Origin: an uncultured virus (IMG/VR IMGVR_UViG_3300029955_000023)
Taxonomy: Duplodnaviria; Heunggongvirae; Uroviricota; Caudoviricetes
Virus record (IMG/VR): IMGVR_UViG_3300029955_000023
Reading direction: 5' to 3' (one strand)
Length of the DNA: 20,000 nt
The notes under the pieces are model-generated. The model saw nothing but the letters and a program-made list of their open reading frames with translations. It was not told the DNA's origin and ran no database searches. Made by a program: the position numbers and the translations under genes. Each line of letters starts with the position of its first letter. Position 1 is the first letter of the stretch. Below are positions 14,501-19,900 of this stretch, piece by piece.

Positions 14501-16903
14501 GGGCTCAGGGACAAGCTGCAACTCCGCCGACATGCCGTCGCCAAGGCCTATTTGCAAGTGGATGGCGCGATAACCTTCCTTGCCCGGACGAATAAAGTCC
14601 TCGGCCTCGATTATTGCGCCCGTTGCCTTGATTTTGTCGAGAATGGCGTCTAGGTTTTGAACGTGGTCGACAACGATACGCGCGCCGAGATAGTCGGATA
14701 TCGTGTTCGGGTTCCGCCTCTTCGCCGACAATTTGAGTTCGAGGCCCGGCAAGTCCTTTGCCCGCGCCCCATACACGCGCGCGCCGTCGACGCCCTTGAC
14801 TAGCTCGTTAAGCCTGTCGAGAAGCTTCGGCTTGTTTTCCTCGGCGGCGGCCAGCAGCGCCTTGTAGTCGCTTGATCCTTGAATTATCTTCTTACCGGAG
14901 GCTTGGTCGATGTCCCCCAACGAAAAATCGGTGAAGCGCGTAATCTCTGGCCCCTCGAAGATCGACGGCGGCATCTGCCGCATGGTCGAGCTTTCCGACG
15001 GCTCCGCGCGCTGCGAATCCTGGATCAAAGGCTCGGGCTGGGAGGAAGGCGGCTGCTTCCCTTCCGAGTTCATGTTCGCGCCGCCGGTCTCCTCGGAGCT
15101 TGCCTCGCGGATGGGCTGTCCCACTTCCGAGCTTTCCAAGGTCTGAACCGGCTCGGGCTCGGGTTCCGGCTCCGGCGCTTCCGCGATCTGCTCCTTTGCG
15201 ATCGCATCGACGTCCGGCTCCGGGGATGCCGCGCGCCGTTGCGCCTCCGCCTCGGCCTCCGCCGGCACGACGGGCAACTCAGGCGGCAGCTCGACCGACG
15301 CGACCACTTCCGGCCCGGTCTTGGCGCGCTTTCCGCCCACGCGGCGCACCTTGCCGTCCTCGCCTCTGATATCCGCGCCCTCGCGGCGATAGATTTCCTC
15401 CGGCGTTCCGATCTTGCCCTCGAACGCCTCCGAGCGCGCGGCCATGCGCGACGCCACGATGTGCCCCAGCGCCTCGGCTTCATCCGGCGGGCGTCCGGCG
15501 CTGATGAACTGGCGCTTGGCGTCGTCAACGATGGCCTGCAGGTCGCCGCCGCCGGCCGCCGCCTCGCCCTCCGGCGCGACCATCGCCCCGCCGACCTTCT
15601 CCGCCGCGCGCCGGTGCGCCGCGCTGATCTCTGGCGCGATGTCCGCAATCTTGGCTTCTACGGCGGTAACTTGCGCGTCGAGCGCGCCGTCGTGCGGCAA
15701 TTCGTCGGCGGCCTTCACGAGCGCGTCGCGCTGCGCGGTCAACGCCTCATATTCGCGGAACGCCTCGACGTGCGCGTCGCGCGCGAGCGGAGCCGGGTTC
15801 GGCAGTTCAGCCGTCCCGACGGTCGCTTGTTCCTCGCGCTGCGCGGCCTGCGCGGCCTGCTCCACGGCGGGCGGAGATTCCTCGTCGCCCATGAACGTCT
15901 TTTCGGTGCGAGCCGGGCCGCCCACGCCAAGCGCCCAGGCGTCGGTCAGCGTGGGGGGCCGCTCGCCATAAACGTAGTTTGCGTCGACGTCGGCCAGCGT
16001 GTGTTCTGGTCCGGCTGGCGGTTCGGTCACGGCTCCGTAAATGCCGCCCACGTCGTAATCCTGTCGCCCCCGGAACCGCTGACCTTGTTCCTCGAATGGC
16101 GGTTCTTGGGGTTTCAGCCCCATCACGTCATGTGCGGTAGTTCGCCCGAGCAAGCGCGGAATGATGCCCTCTATGGCCTCTCCGAAGCGATTTGGCTTGT
16201 TGAACACCAGACCGAAGCCGGTCGAGATCGCGACCTTGTTCCAATCGACGTCGCCCTCGGCCGCCTCTTGCCCCAACTCCATGCCGCCCATCAACGCGCC
16301 GCTGAATAGCCGCTGCGTCGCCGGATTGACCATTAGACGTTGGAGCGCGGTCGAGTTCTCCGGCAGTTTCGCCGCCGCTGAAAAACCGCCCGGTTTCATC
16401 GTCAGCGCGAACGGAGCCATGCCGCCGAGAAATGTCGCGTAGGGGTGCTGCTCTTGGTCGAGGCGCTGCTGGCGCTCGTCTTGGCCTATCGACTCCACCC
16501 ACGAATCCGGCAGCTTCGACAGGCCGTAATCCTGAGCCTTCTCAGCCGCGAACGATCCGCCGAACCCGCCGATCAAGCCGCCAGCAACGCCGCCGACCAA
16601 TTCGGAAATGCCGGTTTCGCCGAGGCCTGGGACCAGAGCGCCCGCCGCCGCGCCGTAGGCCGCGCCCGCTCCTGCGCCAGCGAGACCGCCCGCCGCCGGG
16701 AGCGCGCCGCGCGCCGCGCCTCGCGTGAACGCGCCGGACGTTGATGAGCCTGTCGGGTCGACGGTCTGGCCATTCAGCAGTTTCGCGAACGGGTCGTTCT
16801 CGTCATCGGCAGGCGGCGGCGCGGCCTGATAGCGCAGCGGCTGGTCGCCGCCGCCTAAGACGCCCGCAAACGGATCGGCAACTTGACCATCGGCATCGGC
16901 CAT
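5504..16903 (-). CDS. Giant DarB-like polyvalent (probably virion-ejected) protein, 3799 aa: RelA/SpoT-like + N6-MTase + SNF2 helicase + metallopeptidase-like + LPD38-like
   Basis: Single uninterrupted ORF with a TAATG overlap to the upstream gene and a Gly/Ala-rich hydrophobic N-terminal segment. Motifs are listed in the domain features. The MTase-helicase pairing is the architecture of phage P1 DarB and of large polyvalent proteins. Confidence 0.93.
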   Translation of the reverse strand: MADADGQVADPFAGVLGGGDQPLRYQAAPPPADDENDPFAKLLNGQTVDPTGSSTSGAFTRGAARGALPAAGGLAGAGAGAAYGAAAGALVPGLGETGISELVGGVAGGLIGGFGGSFAAEKAQDYGLSKLPDSWVESIGQDERQQRLDQEQHPYATFLGGMAPFALTMKPGGFSAAAKLPENSTALQRLMVNPATQRLFSGALMGGMELGQEAAEGDVDWNKVAISTGFGLVFNKPNRFGEAIEGIIPRLLGRTTAHDVMGLKPQEPPFEEQGQRFRGRQDYDVGGIYGAVTEPPAGPEHTLADVDANYVYGERPPTLTDAWALGVGGPARTEKTFMGDEESPPAVEQAAQAAQREEQATVGTAELPNPAPLARDAHVEAFREYEALTAQRDALVKAADELPHDGALDAQVTAVEAKIADIAPEISAAHRRAAEKVGGAMVAPEGEAAAGGGDLQAIVDDAKRQFISAGRPPDEAEALGHIVASRMAARSEAFEGKIGTPEEIYRREGADIRGEDGKVRRVGGKRAKTGPEVVASVELPPELPVVPAEAEAEAQRRAASPEPDVDAIAKEQIAEAPEPEPEPEPVQTLESSEVGQPIREASSEETGGANMNSEGKQPPSSQPEPLIQDSQRAEPSESSTMRQMPPSIFEGPEITRFTDFSLGDIDQASGKKIIQGSSDYKALLAAAEENKPKLLDRLNELVKGVDGARVYGARAKDLPGLELKLSAKRRNPNTISDYLGARIVVDHVQNLDAILDKIKATGAIIEAEDFIRPGKEGYRAIHLQIGLGDGMSAELQLVPEPVMRVMDEAHEMRQPVKRLKESVDPADTAIYRDVMDRALKLFDDAWASAPEWSVDYGRDGETVRGGARELPESESPTPAPEPKPIRQTPSTTDLGGGVGGGDDEPRNVQEARRDEGLGPVGEGESVSGPPRSSDGTDQARPDPSTDAAAAGRVEARQKIAERSRANYRITDADAIGEGGPKAKIRANIDAIKTLKLIEDEAREATQEEKAKLVKYTGWGAFSEKMFNADRQDEFKAERKAFRALVTNEEYAAARASTKNAHYTSPEVVKGMWDALTALGYKGGEAIEPSAGIGHFIGLIPDSVAPRTSWTAVELDPLSARITKALYGGAEVNNQGFETLKRPSNYYDLAISNVPFGSYSLTEKPHGTHLIHDFFFVKSLDKVRPGGVVAFITSKGTMDKANSDVRARLAKDADLVGAIRLPGGKEGAFAGNAGTEVTTDIIFLRKKIPGEAPFASADWMDTKEIQTPEGPTHINEYFADRPDMMLGEMRLKGSMYGANEPVLMGEPDDLRAKIGEAAGKMPPGAFTKRATPPPPTINRDDMGMDVKEGGYALKDGQIYRRVQGIGEPQKMSPETVARVSKLIGIRDIYNDLLKAQLGKGGDAEKLREALRDAYDEFVAKHGPIRKEVKIVSKKLDADGNPQVRIKHPNFEEFRDDPDVYKVASIENYDPEKDTATRAAIQTKDVIAAPVDRKINSSADALASVLDTQGKVDLQEIGKLMGAKDEDEVVARLGDLIYQNPNGREWESADQYLSGTVIKKLEDARAIAATDPTYARNVAALEKVQPPLLTAVDITAQLGAPWIPAQVHADFLKELGAVNPKVELLPVNKEWRVEADRFKPSAETKWGVGRSDVTLKSIMKAAFNNNQITVYDQIDRDTRVVNQAKTEEVAAKIEEIRSMFSGDPDKGVEPWAFADQQRGELLEGVYNRTMNDLVQWKADGSHLTLPGLNPMFTDRAHRKNAVWRILQKGNTLLAHAVGSGKTVTMIAAAMEQKRLGLIQKPCVAVPNHMLDQFSTEFIQAYPDANILVANKDEMSPDARRAFVAKTASNDWDAVIFTHSAFGRIGVSSETQGQFIQDQLAEYREALKAQQAADRAAGETKKSRTVKQLESAMEKMNARLQKLLNDEVKDEGTTFEESGIDQVIVDEAHLFKNLAFPTRYSNIRGLSSAASQRSEDLFMKIRYLEQRKPGRSAIFATGTPMSNSMAELWTMMRYLQLDKLKERGLDKFDAWGNTFGKVVTQPEMAPDGRSIKDVTSFSKFVNIPELISLYSEIADSQSAEQLNLPRPALMTRDGKPGIEVHTAQLSEHEEAAVRRIVERLAEIKGLRREKGEDNTLSLMGAGNKAALDGRLLRDGDIMGFAVPKPMEFNPNGKIALAVKNIKDIYDRYKDDPNARSQMVFMDRGTPKARVAESDEGYAATWDAVTGDERMDWARAAGSTKNIEDRDWQRSWGDLTKAEQKALRTVVPKDESAAGKPPPINLYEDMRQRLVAEGIPRKEIEFIHDADSDEKKRALFARMNDGVTRVLIGSTEKMGVGTNAQKRLIAMHHMDPTHKPAEIEQRDGRILRQGNLNKEVHILRYITERSLDATRWQLLERKAKFIGQVNSGSKGVRVAEDIDNPLPEAEMLKAAASGDPRIMQHAELTRQVRQLTAQKRGFDQTKQRATWQVKGLQSHIEELKRNLAPAKEDSERVQDIRGDKFKITLSDGTTLTDRKAAGEKVRDGVLRIAPQLSHSARALNFGEIGGFPASIELRRSYSYGGASQEENIITVGKLQLEGNSLYASPNEFIINSETDPVGLMAKFTGLLAEIKAQADRVEAQIAGNQKEYDTLSKAAAATWPRQAEYAEAAAKLAALTEDLKPKDPSKAPQAIEAEKPDEDERKLEQSQFGRILLRLGQRSIITLMKIANATTAIHELGHDFFEMLKRDAAHPEAPQRMRDMWEVAKRETGVGADNVISTKAHEKFANGYMRWLYEGTAPTRALDGVFKMFRDWMLPLYDRVEGLNVEISPALRSVFEYMHETKDRATVIAPHAEPGRGLDDLHAEAAEQTPHEHASGAADRVEAERPHFDDAQPPTEIADEIAQAVQEVEAAAAGPGGDAAGEVGRGDVGLPEMVGGGGQAGAQSGGGVMGGAGGQERAGGNAAPAEVGKPTAGGSASGRPESSDPLRDAPLAPRPVRLIGDGESPYVDKAGNFKRANINVADDVWAAIKARSEANGDFIGDRRAPTTWAQTQELAAAMGKFGAADLVDGWVRGRAMNAEQIVALKELLTDQANEVGRISRLKDESPEGVLAFATEQARLDMVLKSIMGATAEAGRALNIFRMMQGDIDKVMLAATGRTLYQKTQEMKLLAAYETPEAIAYLTDATAKHSFGRMLLEYWINGLISGPATHTTYVIGNMILSMQKGLLETTTAAALGALRGPMGRDTSNVVRFGEVAARLRGAASGYIPAVTAAADAFRTGLTGRLPGQDKVRALPYQPEQALPLAGKMLNEGATRADAKAAIFGAFRGVLDGALAIGKVLEATPAGERTAAPMYSPMGAIFDVRVRGGVIPIGQLARAPSRAIASIHTFFRAMNYSIEKSALIYRQAEGDAAKIAQLRLNTPDDIMSASTKGATDLTLMGPAGKFVEHLSKLTNWAPNLPGLGETPILKFIDPFVHIAANIIDQSIVQRTPAGLLSSEIRADLMGRNGVAAQDMAQARMIVGTALSIGFGSLAASGYVSGSGPMDRNKAAMWRMAGNQPHSVRIGDTWYAMNRLGPLGMLLGMSADLYDVAHTASTGDMLQAAALMQHAVTQNVLDESFMRGPAELIQAVEDPGRYGERYIQNFASSFVPYSVGMAQMARASDPYSRQARTVMDSIRAKTPGMSEELFPRLDIWGQPIPSRDALIAAGATAIYEQRMSQDPVNISLAQLGIGIAPVDRTIRNVQLTDQQYDDFARIAGRMAKQRLDVFVRSPDWRQWPVGVRVDAVKAIVEHSREAARGVLFMKYPQIMADATRQKMAKLGVGQ
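5700..6420 (-). other. LPD38-like C-terminal domain (approximate bounds)
   Basis: PHSVRIGDTWYAMNRLGPLGMLLGMSAD...SFMRG...DPGRY...ASSFVP...DPY...RLDIWGQP resembles, from memory, the conserved C-terminal region of phage giant ejection proteins. Confidence 0.55.
7954..8280 (-). CDS. Nested same-strand (+1 frame) ORF, 108 aa, unknown function
   Basis: GGAG (8291-8288) lies 7 nt before ATG 8280. Helical-looking core EKLDAATSDYQKWSAVAAKPGLSPAAASWAAQAARSAQAEMQLRQK. The host frame becomes a Gly-rich linker over the same interval. Confidence 0.55.
   Translation of the reverse strand: MKSPKPSKKSKPQQQDQEATPQEKLDAATSDYQKWSAVAAKPGLSPAAASWAAQAARSAQAEMQLRQKSASPPPEAPPADDPNLATLLGMPPSPPGPSGSSGTENPPT
8450..8870 (-). 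other. Zincin-like metallopeptidase (MPTase-like) domain
   Basis: HELGH (HExxH) at 8776-8762 with downstream HEKFA (H at 8635) supplying a candidate third zinc ligand. Confidence 0.65.
9690..11700 (-). other. SNF2/SWI2-type SF2 helicase domain
   Basis: Walker A AHAVGSGKT (from 11590), VDEAH (D at 11077), ATGTP, STEKMGVGTN and motif VI QRDGRILRQGN (Q at 9835). Confidence 0.93.
12920..14010 (-). other. N6-adenine DNA methyltransferase domain (DarB-like)
   Basis: SAM-binding EPSAGIGHF (E at 13645), AVELD, catalytic NVPF (NPPF-like; N at 13450), GAIRLP and TEVTTDIIFLRK. Confidence 0.92.
14044..14337 (-). CDS. Nested same-strand (+1 frame) TnpV-like protein, 97 aa
   Basis: GGAG lies 8 nt before ATG 14337. 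MDAMERRFAAEHESFLKANHPRLHRSLSQSGKLQARLTSVGESAAETM...EALTELIRHDLIH matches the remembered TnpV pattern YLKEH.P.LY..L..SGKL..HL..I...A.E...E.V..ELIY. The host frame is low-complexity here. Confidence 0.72.
   Translation of the reverse strand: MDAMERRFAAEHESFLKANHPRLHRSLSQSGKLQARLTSVGESAAETMNHEMFKKLDETRDLDQLAREKVLAGHQEALTELIRHDLIHQPTPQPQDE
14360..14880 (-). other. RelA/SpoT-family (small alarmone synthetase/toxSAS-like) nucleotidyltransferase domain
   Basis: Ordered SYNTH motifs: RAK (14764), SDYLGARI (D 14695), GYRAIH (G 14575), ELQL (E 14524) and AHE (H 14476). No hydrolase domain is apparent. Confidence 0.85.
14862..14901 (+). promoter_or_regulatory. Candidate antisense sigma70-like promoter plus SD for the nested antisense ORF
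   Basis: TTGTAG (14862-14867), 17-nt spacer, TATCTT (14885-14890), then GGAGG (14897-14901). Consensus match is only 3/6 and 4/6. Confidence 0.4.
14910..15146 (+). CDS. Nested antisense ORF, 78 aa, candidate antitoxin/immunity protein for the RelA/SpoT domain
   Basis: GGAGG lies 8 nt before ATG 14910. The sequence looks globular (VISGPSKIDGGICRMVELSDGSARCESWIKGSGWEEGG...FMFAPPVSSELASRMG), while the giant frame reads Ser/Pro-rich like an antisense shadow. Function is inferred from position only. Confidence 0.65.
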   Translation: MSPNEKSVKRVISGPSKIDGGICRMVELSDGSARCESWIKGSGWEEGGCFPSEFMFAPPVSSELASRMGCPTSELSKV

Positions 16904-19900
16904 TACGGCGAAATCCCCATTGTCGTGTTGAACACCGGGGCTAGCGCATCCTGTTTCGGCGGCTCATTTCCCACGTTTTCAGGCTTGCCGACAAGGCTCC
17001 CGCGCAGATCGCGCACGGTCCGCTCCGCCGAGAAGCCTGCCGGGCCGAAGTGTTTGTCGAAATATTGCATCGTCGCGTTCGTCGGGCTCTCCGACAAAAT
17101 ACTAAGCACATTAGCCCATTGTGTGTGCGTGATCGGTTTCCCGCCGACGCTGGGCGGCTTTGTGACGTAAGACTGCCACGCCGCCGGAGCGACATTTGCA
17201 GGCGGTGGAGGAAGTGGCGCGTCAGGCGCTTCCTGCCCGCCCGCGCCGATCTGAAATTCGTTGATCTTCGCGCGGGGCCTCAATATCGTGAGCATTTGGT
17301 CCAGCTTTTTCTGATCAAACAGCGGGAAGTCCGCCATGTTCTTGTTAGCGTTGCGCCAATCATCCAACTGCCCATAGAACATGTTGAGGAACTTCAATTC
17401 GTAGATGCCCTTACCTTCCGGGTCTTTCACCTGGTAATAAGGCTCGTTCACGCTCTTATCGAGATAGTCCTTCGCGTAGCTTAGAACGCCAGCCTCACGT
17501 TGTTGCATCCCGAGTTCGCTCGTGGATTTCTTCGTCTTGTCGAGGACGCCGAGCAAATGGTCTGAGCCCTTGGCCGTCAACTTTCCGTCGGCTTCCATCT
17601 TCAAGATGTCGCGCGGATCGCTGATCCGATCAGTCTCACTCTTGGGCTCGACGATGTTCTTGAGCGCGTCGGCGTATTCCGAGCCGTAGCTGATCGGGTT
17701 AGGGTTGCCGGATCGGCGCTCAAGAACGTCGCTCAACGTGTCGAATGCCTTTTCCGATAGCGGCCGGCGCGGGTCGGCCATTAGCGCGTTCAATTTCGCA
17801 TAGGCCGCCGTGTAACTTTCCTTGCGCGCAGTCCCGAGAACGTCGTCTGTCGCCTCTTTCTCGCGCGCGGCCACGGCGCGTTGCTGCTCGCCGGCCGCCG
17901 CGATCTCGAACGCCGCGCGTTGTGTGATCTGGCGCTCGCCCTCGATCATCTGCTCTGGCGTCAGACCCATGCCCTGCAAATGTTGCATCGCCGCCGACTG
18001 GCGGTCGTAGATCGCGTTCACCACATCCTCGGGCGTCTGCGGCGGCGCGGGAGGCGTCAACGCGGCAGGCGGAGATGTAGTGAGCGCGGCGTCGGTCGGC
18101 TTGACCGTTTCGAGGGATTCTGGCTCGGCCGACGGCGCGGCGTCCTCCCAGCCGGGCCGCGCCATCGTCCCGCTCGCCGACAGGGAGCCATGACCAAGAG
18201 GCTGCGTTGTGGCGGCGACGCCGGGCGCGCCCAGCCGCCCCAAGATGCCATTCACATATTGCGAGACGAATGTGCCTTGCCCGTCGTGGCGGTTCTCTTT
18301 CCACGGCGTCGCCGAGCCGGGCGGCGCGACGTTCCCCTCGCCGGAGAAATAAGCGACCGCCACTCGTGCGGCGTCGCCGTTATATTTCTGCGAGTAATAT
18401 TCAAGGATGCGGTGGCCGACGCGCTTGTTGTCCTCGGGGTTGTCAATCGTCTCCCCCGGCTTGGCGAACCGATTGAATGTGTCGGGGATGATCTGCATGT
18501 CGCCGTGCGCATTATCGACGCTCGTCGTCGTGTTCTTGCCGCCGCCGGATTCTTGGCCGTGGAAAGCGGGATAGAGATCATCGCCGGAATACTTCTTGCC
18601 GCTTGCCGCTGCCGGGGCTACGTCGCCCAATAGCCCACTGTAGCTCGCCGGATGAACACGGTCTGGCGACAATTTCGACGGGTCGACAGGTTGAAACTTC
18701 GCGCCGGTTTCATTTGCAAATTTTTTGATCCTGTCGTTCAGCCCGGCAAAATCAGCCCGATCACCAACGCCCATCACCGTGATGTCTGACGGTTTCGCGC
18801 CCTTCTTGATCGCCTCGCTGATTTGAGAGAAAGCGTAACCGACGTCCTTTGGGCTGTTTGACAGCCCTGTGGAGATGACAACCGGCTTCCCAGCAAGGGA
18901 GCCGTCAGGGAGCGCGTGCAAGACATCGTAAACCTGCTGCGGCGTGCGCCCGACTTTTGTGTCACCCGACAGCCCGTAGGCTGTTTTTACGCCTTCGCCG
19001 AGGCTGTCGCCGTAGACTTGGGCGTTCGAGGAAACCGGCGTCGTCTTGGGCGGGCCGCTCCCCGCCGCGTCCCAAGAAGCATTGCCGCCGCCTTTGCCGA
19101 CAGCGCGGTCCGCCGCCTGGTGCGCCTTGTCGAGCGCCGCGCCAAACGCGACGCCGAATTTCGCCTCGTTGGCGCGCACAAACGCTTCCGCCTTCGTCGG
19201 GTCGTTGACCTCAATTGTGTCGGCCTTCGAGATATAGGAGCGGGCGACACTATCGCGCACGCTCTTTGCTGTGGCGTCATAGTTCGAGCCAAGTGCGGTT
19301 TTCAGTTTCGGGTCATCCAGCTTGGCGAACGCCCCGTCAGGGTCTTTCGTCGCCATTCCTTCAAGGCCGGATTTGTAGACGAGAGCCGCTTTATCCTTCG
19401 CTGCCGCGATTGAGTCGGGGTCGGCCTCCATACCGGCGCTTTGCAGCTTCTTGATCTCGCCCGACAGCGCCTTGTGATAGGAAACTTCGACTGTCGCCCA
19501 ATTTCCGTCAGACCCCGCCGTGGCCGCCATCGAGTGCGCGACTTCGATTCCGGCGTCTGCTGTCTTAGTCGCGAACTGCCGCCCTGCATCAATAAACGTC
19601 GTGTTCAACTGCCCGCGAATGTATCGGTCAAAGAACGGGCGGTTCTGGTTGTCAAAAAAATGCTGCTGATCGGGAGTCCCGAGTTGGTTGCGATATTTCG
19701 CGTAAATGCTGTCAAGCGTCGTGTTCGCGCTCTTCTGCGCGTCAAGGGCGTCCTGTCCCTGCAACGAGCGAATATGCTCGGCGAAGTCCGATGCTTCCTT
19801 CTGCGCATTGTTCGAGGCGTCGTCCGCTTGGACGTGGCCCCAAAACTTGCTGAGATCGACCGCGCCAGCGCCAGCCTTTTCCGCGCCCTGCGCAATCGCT

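Noticed and set aside
15148..15260. Short 6-nt-period repeats (PEPEPEPEP, AEAEAEA)
   Set aside because: Degenerate low-complexity linker coding, not a contingency locus or array.
5504..16903. Intein or programmed frameshift in the giant gene
   Set aside because: No intein splice motifs or homing endonuclease signature were seen, and the ORF is continuous without needing recoding.
19762..19764. TTG start assigned to the 953-aa ORF
   Set aside because: The frame is open to the window edge with protein-like sequence, so the real start is upstream of 20000.
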